Source of the DNA: Chloroflexota bacterium
GTDB taxonomy: Bacteria > Chloroflexota > Limnocylindria > P2-11E
Direction of reading: 5' to 3'
Assembly: GCA_013695575.1 (NCBI GenBank)
Contig: JACDAF010000152.1
Location: forward strand, 1 to 32,057
Length of the DNA stretch: 32,057 nt
Shown: positions 23,371-32,057 of the stretch, in pieces
Position numbering within the stretch: the first letter of the stretch is position 1
Layout of the letters: each line of letters starts with the position of its first letter
Translations under genes and position numbers: made by a program
The notes under the pieces: generated by a model
The model's input: the letters and a program-made list of their open reading frames with translations, nothing else
What the model was told of the DNA's origin: nothing
Database searches by the model: none

Positions 23371-24228
23371 GTGTACCACCTGATGGACCCCGAGCCACGG
23401 CTGCCGGACACTCTCGTCGGGGACGTGCTCGAGCGGCTGGACCTGCGCGCCCCGACCACGGATCTCGTAGGCCTGACCGCGATGTACGCCGCGTGGTGCC
23501 GCGAGGTCCCCTGGGACAACGTGCAGAAGCGCATCACTGTCGCCGAGCGGCGTCCCGTGCTCGCGGGTGCCGACCCGGACGAGTTCTTCCGTAACTTCCT
23601 GCGACACGGCACCGGTGGGACCTGCTGGCCGTCGAGCGGTGCGCTCCACGCGCTGCTCACGGCACTCGGCTTCGACACGCGGCGTGCCGTGGCCGCGATG
23701 ATGTACGACCGGGCAGGGAAGGTCCCCAACCACGCTACCGAGATCGTCCGGGCGGACGGCGAGGAGTGGCTCGTCGACTCCTCGATGCTCTGCGAACGCC
23801 CGCTCGCGCTCCGCCACGGTGAACGTACGGCCATCGACGATCCGCTCTACCCGATGCGTGCCGCACCGAACGATGACGGGATGTGGCTCGTGACCTGGGC
23901 GGCCTACGCCCGCGACGAGCAGATCGGATGCTGGCTCTTCGAGGACGACGTCCCGCAGGCGCGCCTGCTCGAGCGCTACGAGGCCTCGCGTACCAGCGGG
24001 TTCAGCTACGGCTTGACCTTCCGGCGCAACGCGGCGGACGGCGTGCTCTCGCTGAACCGCACGACCCGCGCGTTCAAGGACCGGCAAGGCACGCTCACGA
24101 TGCGCGAGGTCGCCGACCGGGCCGCGATCCTCATGGGTGAGGGCGGGCTCTCGCCCGAGATCGTCGCGCGCCTCCCCGACGACGAGCCGGAGCCCCCGCG
24201 AGCCCCGTCGCCGCCTGATCGTCGCTGA
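23371..24228 (+). CDS. Arylamine N-acetyltransferase-like protein (NAT / Acetyltransf_2 fold)
   Basis: A candidate Cys-His-Asp triad is in the expected order: HGTGGTCWPSSGALHALLTALGF (Cys), PNHATEIV (His), EWLVDSS (Asp). The start is GTG 23371 or ATG 23383. Confidence 0.65.
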   Translation: MYHLMDPEPRLPDTLVGDVLERLDLRAPTTDLVGLTAMYAAWCREVPWDNVQKRITVAERRPVLAGADPDEFFRNFLRHGTGGTCWPSSGALHALLTALGFDTRRAVAAMMYDRAGKVPNHATEIVRADGEEWLVDSSMLCERPLALRHGERTAIDDPLYPMRAAPNDDGMWLVTWAAYARDEQIGCWLFEDDVPQARLLERYEASRTSGFSYGLTFRRNAADGVLSLNRTTRAFKDRQGTLTMREVADRAAILMGEGGLSPEIVARLPDDEPEPPRAPSPPDRR

Positions 24229-24298
24229 GCCGACATCCGGTCGTGCTCTCGTCCGCCGTCCGAGCCCCCGCGCTGTCGCGGGCCGCACAATCCGCCTG

Positions 24299-25138
24299 AT
24301 GGCACAGCGGAGCACGCGGATCGCGTTCGTCGGCGGTGGCACGATGGCCGAAGCGATGGTGCGCGGGCTGCTCGAGCGCAGGCTCGTAACGCCGAAGCGC
24401 CTCACCGTGAGCGGGCCGCGACGCGAGCGACGCGCCGAGCTGGTGAAGACCTACCGCGTGAGTGCCGTGGCCTCGAACGTGGAGGCGGCACGCGGCGCCG
24501 ACGTCGTCGTCATGTCGGTGAAGCCGCAGGTCCTGCCGCGCGTCATGGCCGAGCTGCGGGGCAAGCTGGCCCCGGATCAGCTCGTGCTGTCGATCGTGGC
24601 AGGAGCCTCATCCGACGCGCTCCGCGCGGGCCTCGACCACGCCTCCATCGTGCGCGCGATGCCGAACACCCCAGCGCAGGTGGCAATGGGCGTGACGGTG
24701 TGGTGGGCGACGCCGTCCGTCGGCGCCGATCAGCGGAATGGGGCTCGAGCGATCCTCGCCGCGCTCGGCGAGGAGATCGAGGTCGAGCAGGAGGAGCAGG
24801 TCGACATGGCGACCGCGCTCTCCGGCACCGGGCCGTCGTACGTCTTCCTGCTCATGGAGGCGCTGGTCGACGCCGGCGTGCATCTCGGTTTCTCGCGGCG
24901 AGTGGCCGAGGAGCTCGTGCTGCGCACGGTCGAGGGATCCGCGCTCTTCGCGCGGCGGAGCGGCCGCCACCTCGCCGAGCTGCGGAATATGGTCACTTCA
25001 CCAGGCGGCACGAGCGCGGCGGCCCTCTACCAGCTCGAGAAGGGCGGCCTGCGGACGGTGCTCTCGAAGGCCGTCTATGCCGCGTACCAGCGCACGCGCG
25101 AGCTGGGCGATTCAGCGGAGCGCGGGAAGAAGACCTAG
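24299..25138 (+). CDS. proC: Pyrroline-5-carboxylate reductase
   Basis: IAFVGGGTMAEAM (dinucleotide-binding loop), VVVMSVKPQ, RAMPNTPAQV, LSGTGPSYVF, VTSPGGTSAAAL. The ATG at 24299 lies inside track ORF 24137..25138. Confidence 0.9.
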   Translation: MAQRSTRIAFVGGGTMAEAMVRGLLERRLVTPKRLTVSGPRRERRAELVKTYRVSAVASNVEAARGADVVVMSVKPQVLPRVMAELRGKLAPDQLVLSIVAGASSDALRAGLDHASIVRAMPNTPAQVAMGVTVWWATPSVGADQRNGARAILAALGEEIEVEQEEQVDMATALSGTGPSYVFLLMEALVDAGVHLGFSRRVAEELVLRTVEGSALFARRSGRHLAELRNMVTSPGGTSAAALYQLEKGGLRTVLSKAVYAAYQRTRELGDSAERGKKT

Positions 25139-25782
25139 CGCGCTCGCGAGTCCAGAGCGACCACCTGGATGTTGTCGGGGAGCGAGCTGCGCGTCACCGA
25201 GAGCTTCGCGACAGGAACGAGGTCCTTTACGCCGAGCTCGTGCAGCAGGCGCTCATAGGGCGAGTCCTTCTTGCTCTCGTCCTTGTTGTCGTCACGGTCG
25301 TACGACATCGGCACGACGACCTTGGGCTCGAGCTGGTGGATCACCTCGGCCGCGGTCGCCGCAGCGAGGTTCGTCTCGCCGCCGCCGATGGGGACGAGCA
25401 CGATGTCCACGTCGCCGATGCGCTCGAGGTCCAGAGACGGCAGGCTGTGGCCGAGGTCGCCGAGGTGGCAGACCGTGAGGTCATCGAGACGGATGGTGTA
25501 GATCGTGTTCCGTCCGCGCCTCGCGCCCTTCTCGTCGTCGTGCCAGCTCGCGATACCCGTCACGAGGATCTCGCGGACCTCGTACTCACCCGGGCCGTCG
25601 AGCACGACCGGATCGCCGCCGACCGAGCGAAGGCTCGAATGCCCGGGGTCGTCGTGGGAGATCGTGACGAGGTGCGCTTCGGTCTTCGGGATTGCATGGC
25701 CGGACTTCGGGTCCGGGGGGTCGGTGAGCACGATCCCCTCGCGCCCGCGGAGGCGGAAGCAGGCGTGTCCCAGCCAGGTCAT
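25135..25782 (-). CDS. MBL-fold metal-dependent hydrolase (Lactamase_B_3 / UPF0173-like)
   Basis: MTWLGHACFRLRGREGIVLTDP...LVTISHDDPGHSS...VCHLGDLGH...VLVPIGGGETN. The metal motif is variant (SHDDPGH). I chose the ATG at 25782 inside track ORF 25135..25857. Confidence 0.65.
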   Translation of the reverse strand: MTWLGHACFRLRGREGIVLTDPPDPKSGHAIPKTEAHLVTISHDDPGHSSLRSVGGDPVVLDGPGEYEVREILVTGIASWHDDEKGARRGRNTIYTIRLDDLTVCHLGDLGHSLPSLDLERIGDVDIVLVPIGGGETNLAAATAAEVIHQLEPKVVVPMSYDRDDNKDESKKDSPYERLLHELGVKDLVPVAKLSVTRSSLPDNIQVVALDSRAR

Positions 25783-25960
25783 GTCCACAGGGCCATTCTC
25801 GCGGAACGCGCCAGGCGGCGCGGGGCCCGGCGCAGGAGCAGGAGCAAGGGCTCGCAACTCTTAGCGTTCTCTCACGCCTCCGCGGCCGCGGTGCCTAAAC
25901 TCGAGTGCCCTGGCGTGAGCCTGCCTTTGGCCGGCCGCCTATCTCGCGCCGGGTCGGAGG

Positions 25961-28074
25961 GTGCAGGGCTTGTCCGTACTCACGTCCGCGATCGGGACCT
26001 GGCCGGGGCGCGCGCTGCTCGGCGCGATCGTCGCGATGGTCGTCGGCGTCCCGCTCGTCATCAGCCGTGTGACCGCGGCGCCCGCACCGGCCGAATACCG
26101 CACCACTGCCGTCACACGCGGCGCGGTGACGCAGACCGTATCCGTCTCTGGTTCGGTGAATGCCGCAGGGACCGTGCGCCTGAACTTCAAGAGCGCCGGC
26201 CGCCTCGCGGAGGTCCTGGTAAAGGTCGGCGACCAGGTCACCCCGGGCCAGGCGCTCGCGCGGCTGGACACGGCCGACCTCGCGGTCGCGGTCGCCCAGG
26301 CGAATGCGACTCTCGCTTCGGCGGAGGCCAAGTACGAGCAGACTGCCGCGGGCGCGTCCCCCGAGGACATCGCGATCGCGCGACTCTCGGTCGACAACGC
26401 CCAGCGCTCCCTGGAGCAGGCTCGGAAGACGACGGAGAACGACGTCGAGAGCAGCAGGCTTTCCACCGAGACCGCGCAGCGCTCGCTCGAGCAAACGCAG
26501 CGCACGATCGCGAACGACCTCGCGAACGCGCAGGCCGGCCTGACGCGCGTCGCGTCGACCTTCAGCTCGTCCCGAGCCGGGTACGCCTCGCTCACCGGCG
26601 CGGTCACGAGCGAGACGACCGCGTATGACTCGGAGATCGAGCGGGCACGCGCACAGCTGACGACCGCGCAGGACCGCCTTGCGCCGAAAGTCGCGAGCGC
26701 CGACAGCAAAGCGGCGCAGTCCGCGGTGTACAGCGCACAGCTCTCGCTGACGAACGCATCCGGATACGTCCAAAGCGGTGTGCGCCCGGCGCTCGCCGAG
26801 TACGCGGTCGCCCTCACCGATCTGCAGCGCGCCATCGGGTCATTCGACGCCGCGATCGCCGCCGGCCAGGACACCAGCGCCGCAGCGGCCGCGTACCAGG
26901 CCGCGCAGCTGGCGTACACGACCGCGGCGACGAAGCTGTCGGGCTCTCTCGACGCGCCCAATGGACAGCTCGCCGCGGCGCAGGCGAGCGTCGCGAGCGC
27001 GCAGTCGTCCCTCAACACCACGGCCACGCGCACCGACACGAGCTTCGACGACGTGCGCGCTGACCTCGCGGCGCTGCAGGTGACGCTCACCGGCGACCAG
27101 CAGCGCGCCACGCTCACGAAGTCGCGGATCGCTCAGGCGGGCTCCACGCTCGCGTCCCTGACGGATGCCGTGGGCGGGGCGTACCTGAGCGCGCTGAACG
27201 CGGTCTCCACGGCGCGCGCGAAGAACGACGCGTCGCTGGCTTCGGCGCAGAACACGGTGGCGAAGGCGGAGCAGGACCTCTCGAGCGCGCAGGAGCGCGC
27301 GAGGACCTCCATCGTCACATCGGAGAACGCGCTGGAGTCGACGCGCGCCACGCTCGCGAAGGCCAGCACCGGCGCGAAGAGCTACGACATCGCATCGGCA
27401 TATGCCGGCGTGCTCGCGGCGCAGGCATCGCTCGAAAAGACGCAGAACGACCTGAACGGCGCACTGCTCCGTGCGCCCGCGGGCGGCACGGTCACCGCGA
27501 TCGGCGGGCAGGTCGGCGAGTTCGTGGCCGGCGGCGGCACGAGCAATCCGTTCATCACGATCGCGAACCTCACGAGCCTCGCGCTCCACGGGACGGTCGG
27601 CGAGGCCGACGTCGCGAAGCTCCGGCCCGGTCAGGTCGCGACCGTCGCCGTCGACGCCGTCGGCACCGGCACACGCATGACCGGGAAGGTCACGGTCATC
27701 GATCCCGCGGCGACCATCCAGCAGGGCGTCCCGGTCTACGGCGTCGACGTGACGCTCGACGTGCCGAACGCGCAGGTCCGGCCGGGCATGTCCGGAACGG
27801 CGAGCGTGATCATCGCGAGCCGCACGAACGTGCTGACCGTGCCGAACCTCGCGGTCCGCACCACGGCCGGGCGGCGCGGCGTGCAGGTGCTGCGGGACGG
27901 CCAGCCGGTGGACTCCGAGGTCACGCTCGGCATCTCGAACGAGACGGTCACCGAGGTCGCGAGCGGGCTGCAGGAGGGCGACCTCGTGGTCCTGCCTCAG
28001 CCGCGGGCCACCACGCCGGCGCAGCAGAACCAGCCGCGCATCGGTGGCGGCGGGGTGCCCGTGGTACCCGGGCG

Positions 28075-28078
<4 letters not shown>
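25961..28078 (+). CDS. MacA/HlyD-family membrane-fusion (periplasmic adaptor) protein with an extremely long helical region
   Basis: N-terminal TM ([17 protein letters not shown]). The lipoyl half [19 protein letters not shown] is followed by about 400 aa that are Ala/Gln/Ser/Thr-rich and helical. Then come the second lipoyl half [21 protein letters not shown], the beta-barrel (ATVAVDA...GKVTVIDP...VYGVDV) and the membrane-proximal domain. The start is GTG 25961, or more likely in-frame TTG 25970, which has GGAGG 9 nt upstream. Confidence 0.8.
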
Positions 28079-28805
<727 letters not shown>

Positions 28806-28809
<4 letters not shown>

Positions 28810-30062
28810 AGCTCCTCGACTCGCTGCGGTCCGCGCTGCGGTCGCTCGTCGTCAACAAGCTGCGCAGTGCGCTCACGATGCTCGGTGTGGTGATCGGCGT
28901 CGCGGCGGTGATCGCGATGGTCGCCGTGGGCAACGGCGCATCCGAGCGCGTGCAGAGCACCGTGCTCCAGCTGGGGTCGAACCTCGTCACGGTGACGCCA
29001 GGCGCCCAGACCGATCAGGGGCTGCGCGGTGCCGGCGCGATCGCGCAGAGCCTCACCCTCGACGACATGCGGTCCGTGAGCGAGCAGCTCGCGGGCTCGA
29101 TCCAGGCGATCGAGGCGGAGCAGACGGCGGGGCGCTGGCAGATCGTCGCCGGCGGGACGAACTGGAACGCGCCCGTGACCGGCGTGACCGAGCAGTACCC
29201 GCTCGTCCGGGATTGGAAGCTCGCAGCCGGTGAGTTCTTCACCGAGTCCGACCTCCGTCTGAACGCGCAGGTCGCCGTGCTGGGCGCGACGACCGCGGCC
29301 AACCTCTTCGGCGACGGTGAGGCCGTGGGACAGACGATCCAGCTCCGCCAGGCCGGGGCGGCCGGCCAGCGTGCGCGGATCATCTCGTTCCGCGTGATCG
29401 GCGTCCTTGAGGCGAAGGGCTCGACGTTCGGATTCGGCCGCGACGATCAGATCCTGGTGCCCACGACGACGTCGCAGCGCGTGCTCACCGGACGCACGAA
29501 CGCGGTGAGCTCGATCGTCATCAAGGCCGCGGCGACGGAGACGATGGCGGAGACGACGGAGGACGTGCGCGCGATCCTGCTCGCGCGGCACAAGATCAGC
29601 GACCCGCAAGCGGCCGACTTCACGGTGACGAACCAGAACGACACGCTCGCGGCGCTCTCGACCATCACGACGACGTTCACGCTGCTGCTCGGGTCGATCG
29701 GCGGGATCTCGCTGCTCGTCGGCGGCATCGGGATCATGAACATCATGCTCGTCTCGGTGAATGAGCGGACGCGTGAGATCGGCATCCGCAAGGCGGTCGG
29801 CGCGCGCCGGCGTGACATCCTCATGCAGTTCCTCATCGAAGCCATCGCGCTCACCGGCACGGGCGGCATCCTCGGGATCCTCCTCGGCTGGGGCATCACC
29901 GAGGTCGTGAAGCGCTTCCAGCCCGACGTCCTCGTCGTCATCACCGCGGGCACCGTGGCGGTCGCCGTCGGCGTGTCCGTCGCGATCGGCGTGATCTTCG
30001 GCCTCTATCCGGCGGTGCGCGCCGCGCGGCTGCATCCGATCGAGGCGCTTCGGTATGAGTAA
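28806..30062 (+). CDS. MacB-type ABC transporter permease (MacB_PCD + FtsX domain)
   Basis: [39 protein letters not shown] is a typical N-terminus. The C-terminal FtsX block is [33 protein letters not shown]. The GTG at 28806 overlaps the ATPase TGA (GTGA). The track ORF start at 28704 is an out-of-context extension. Confidence 0.9.
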
Positions 30063-30103
30063 GCGGCCGACGGCCGGACCGATCGAGAAGTAGGGAGAAC
30101 ATC

Positions 30104-30640
30104 ATGAACGCACGCTCAGCACAGATCGCCCTCGGCGTGGTCGTGGCCATCGCGCTCTTCGGCGGAGGCTTCGCGACAGGAGCGGTGCTCGGACCGTCGC
30201 GCGACGGCTCCGTGGCGACCAGCACGTCAGCTGGGACCACCGCGGCACCCGCGGCCCGGCGCGCGGGGGGTGTCGCACCGGGCGGCCAGGGCACCTTGGG
30301 CGCGACCAGTCAGGCGACCGCGGGCCGGGTCATCTCGGTGAACGATGGCTCCATCACCGTCGAGGTCCGCCAGCCTGGCCAGGCAGGCGCGTCGCCGACG
30401 ACGTCATCGACGATCGCGCTCGTCGGCTCGGACACCCGGTTGCTCAAGACGGTCGAGCAGGAGATCAGGCTCACCGATATCAAAGCGGGCGACCAGGTGA
30501 CGGTCGTCGGGACTGCCGATGCGGCCACGGGGACCGTGAGCGCGAATGCGGTCCTGGTCGGCGGCGGGGCGCTCCAGCAGGTGCTCGGCGGCCAGCGCGG
30601 GCGTGTGCCGGGGGCCAGCCCGAGCCCGAGTCCGCGCTAG
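30104..30640 (+). CDS. Hypothetical single-pass membrane-anchored protein with a small beta-rich C-terminal domain (possibly DUF5666-like)
   Basis: The ATG is preceded by AGGGAGAA. It has an N-terminal TM (IALGVVVAIALFGGGFATGAV), a low-complexity Ser/Thr/Ala/Gly linker, then GRVISVNDGSITVEV...IKAGDQVTVVGTADAATGTVSANAVLV. The domain assignment is from memory only. Confidence 0.55.
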   Translation: MNARSAQIALGVVVAIALFGGGFATGAVLGPSRDGSVATSTSAGTTAAPAARRAGGVAPGGQGTLGATSQATAGRVISVNDGSITVEVRQPGQAGASPTTSSTIALVGSDTRLLKTVEQEIRLTDIKAGDQVTVVGTADAATGTVSANAVLVGGGALQQVLGGQRGRVPGASPSPSPR

Positions 30641-30647
30641 TCGCGTA

Positions 30648-30691
30648 TCCCGGAATGGCTTGGCCGATGAAACAGCAAGCCGTTTCCGGGA
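30648..30691. terminator. Bidirectional terminator-like hairpin between convergent genes
   Basis: TCCCGGAA-T-GGCTTG [13-nt loop] CAAGCC-GT-TTCCGGGA gives 8 + 6 bp of perfect pairing with a small internal loop. It lies in the 58-bp gap between the stops at 30640 (+) and 30699 (-). There is no long U-tract. Confidence 0.5.
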
Positions 30692-30698
30692 CACGCCA

Positions 30699-32042
30699 CT
30701 AGGGCACGGGCCGCGGCAGCGGCGGCAGGTCGACGATCGACCAGGCACCGGCGAAGAGCCCGAGCAGCACCAGCACGGATGTGACGATGATCTCGAGGCG
30801 CTGCGTCGCCGGGGGCGGCGCGGTCCCGAGCGAGCGGCGCCCCTCGGCCTCGTGCCAGGGTCCGAAGACGAGCGAGTACAGCGCGACGAACAGGAGCGTG
30901 TACGCGGCGACCCAGACGCCCATGCCGAAGAGCCGTGCGAACGCGTCCGACACGGGGGGCCGCAGCGAGAGCCATCCGGCGACGTTCGTGAGCGCGTCGA
31001 CGACGCCGCCGAGGAGCGGGAGCTTCCCGAGCCACAGCCCGGCGGCATCACCGTCCGCGCCGAGCCGGTCGAGCGGTCGCATCCGCGACAACATCGCCGC
31101 GGCGAAGAGGATGAACGCGACGAGGCGCCACGAGACCATGGTGAGGACGCGGTCCCGCCGCCGGCGGATCCAGCGCTCCGTATCCGGCGAGCGGAACCGC
31201 GACGTCTGGGGCGCCCCGGGGGCGTTGACCTCCTGCGCCAGCAGCGACAGGAACTCCTCGCGATTCGTGAAATACCCGCCGTGGTCGGTGATCACGTTGA
31301 GCGTGTTCATCACCGGGACGTCCTCCGAGGCCTGGGCGCGCCCGGGTCGGACGAGCGTGCCTCCGGCGACGTAGTCGTAATCCGCCCAGACATCGAGCCA
31401 GCGGATGTGGCCGGGCAGATCGCCGCGGAGTCGGCGGGACCCCGAGGGCCGCAGGCGCCAGGCGTTGTTAAGGGCGCCGCCGACCGTCACGAGCGTCGAG
31501 ACCGCCTTGATCTCGGGGATCGGGGACGAGCTGAGCGCGTCGAAGGCGACCACGGCGCCCTGCGAATGCGCCATCACGACGATGCGGCCGCAGCGCTCCT
31601 GCGTGACGAGGTGCTTCACCGAATCCGCGACCGCCTGATGGATGTGGCGCGCCTGGACGTCGTCGTTGAGGAAGGTGTAGAAGTCGCCGATCTGGTCGAC
31701 GAGGAAGAGCCGGAGTGCGAGCACCGCGCGCTCGAAGGGACCAGGGAGCTGCGCGAGGAGGAAGAAGAGGGCGAGGAACGGCACGTAGAGCGCAGCTGCC
31801 AGGGCAACGCCGATGAGCAGGAAGAAGGCCGAGGCCGCGCGGATCGCCCGCTCGTAGAGCGGGCGCGGGATCGCGACCCACAGCGAGCCGTTCTTCGTGA
31901 AGCTCCGCCACAGGCGGTCGAGCACCCGCCACACGACCACGAGCGCCCAGCCGACCATCTTCGCGAAGCTCGGCGCGCTCAGGCGCGACGCCCACCACGC
32001 CTCCGCGAACACCCAGGTCTGCGCGGCGTCCGGCAAGCGCAC
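30699..32042 (-). CDS. Polytopic membrane protein with an embedded alpha/beta-hydrolase-like (lipase-type) domain; the 5' end may extend beyond the window
   Basis: Nucleophile elbow RIVVMAHSQGAVVAFDAL (AHSQG). Later acid and His candidates are WLDVWADYDYVAG and VITDHGGYF. Hydrophobic helices flank both sides (AASAFFLLIGVALAAALYVPFLALFFLLAQL; LVAFILFAAAML; VWVAAYTLLFVALYSLVF; IIVTSVLVLLGLFAGAW). There is no in-frame stop between GTG 32042 and the window end. Confidence 0.6.
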   Translation of the reverse strand: MRLPDAAQTWVFAEAWWASRLSAPSFAKMVGWALVVVWRVLDRLWRSFTKNGSLWVAIPRPLYERAIRAASAFFLLIGVALAAALYVPFLALFFLLAQLPGPFERAVLALRLFLVDQIGDFYTFLNDDVQARHIHQAVADSVKHLVTQERCGRIVVMAHSQGAVVAFDALSSSPIPEIKAVSTLVTVGGALNNAWRLRPSGSRRLRGDLPGHIRWLDVWADYDYVAGGTLVRPGRAQASEDVPVMNTLNVITDHGGYFTNREEFLSLLAQEVNAPGAPQTSRFRSPDTERWIRRRRDRVLTMVSWRLVAFILFAAAMLSRMRPLDRLGADGDAAGLWLGKLPLLGGVVDALTNVAGWLSLRPPVSDAFARLFGMGVWVAAYTLLFVALYSLVFGPWHEAEGRRSLGTAPPPATQRLEIIVTSVLVLLGLFAGAWSIVDLPPLPRPVP

Positions 32043-32057
32043 CGCGAAGCGCGCCGG

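Noticed and set aside
25871-25919. Inverted repeat CTCACGCC/GGCGTGAG enclosing the 12-bp palindrome CCGCGGCCGCGG, in the MBL/adaptor divergent region
   Set aside because: By a rough estimate, purely GC-rich palindromes of this length are expected many times by chance in a ~70% GC window. Without conservation data I cannot call it an operator.
25895-27117. Minus-strand ORFs 25895..26773 and 25939..27117 antisense to the adaptor gene
   Set aside because: They have shadow-ORF composition. The + frame has the adaptor lipoyl, barrel and membrane-proximal motifs and is coupled to the ABC ATPase.

Overview
High-GC bacterial chromosomal segment (roughly 70% G+C by eye, not computed). It is densely packed with about 27 protein-coding genes. 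I found no rRNA, tRNA, CRISPR array, transposase, integrase or phage gene.

Gene order, left to right:
- 3'-truncated thyX
- back-to-back divergent GNAT acetyltransferase and beta-CASP MBL (RNase-like) hydrolase
- LuxR-type regulator with a helical-repeat N-terminus
- DinB-family protein
- class A PBP of the PBP1C type (pbpC), translationally coupled (TTGA) to a ~1970-aa alpha-2-macroglobulin (A2M)
- GDE-type amylo-1,6-glucosidase
- convergent CUT1 sugar ABC operon (lipoprotein binding protein plus two permeases, no ATPase)
- orphan OmpR-family response regulator, convergent with an ECF sigma factor
- one long translation operon, rplU-rpmA-rpmE-DUF1385-prfA-PaaI thioesterase
- arylamine N-acetyltransferase-like gene, proC and an MBL-fold hydrolase
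- MacAB-like module (very long adaptor, ATPase, FtsX-type permease) followed by a small anchored protein
- convergent polytopic serine-hydrolase-like protein that may run off the right edge

The content is core housekeeping plus envelope functions, not a mobile or defence island. I cannot support an unambiguous new system. The observations most worth a second look are:
1. The pbpC-coupled A2M has no thioester CxEQ anywhere and carries four extra N-terminal Ig-like modules.
2. The MacA-like adaptor has a helical region of about 400 residues.
3. The response regulator lacks the conserved receiver Lys and has no kinase in the window. The ECF sigma next to it has no anti-sigma.
4. A terminator-like hairpin with a U-tract sits in the rplU leader.

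Many start codons are non-ATG and several genes overlap by 4 nt (TTGA/GTGA), so start coordinates are less certain than stops. All domain calls come from reading motifs in the supplied or my own translations. No database search was run.
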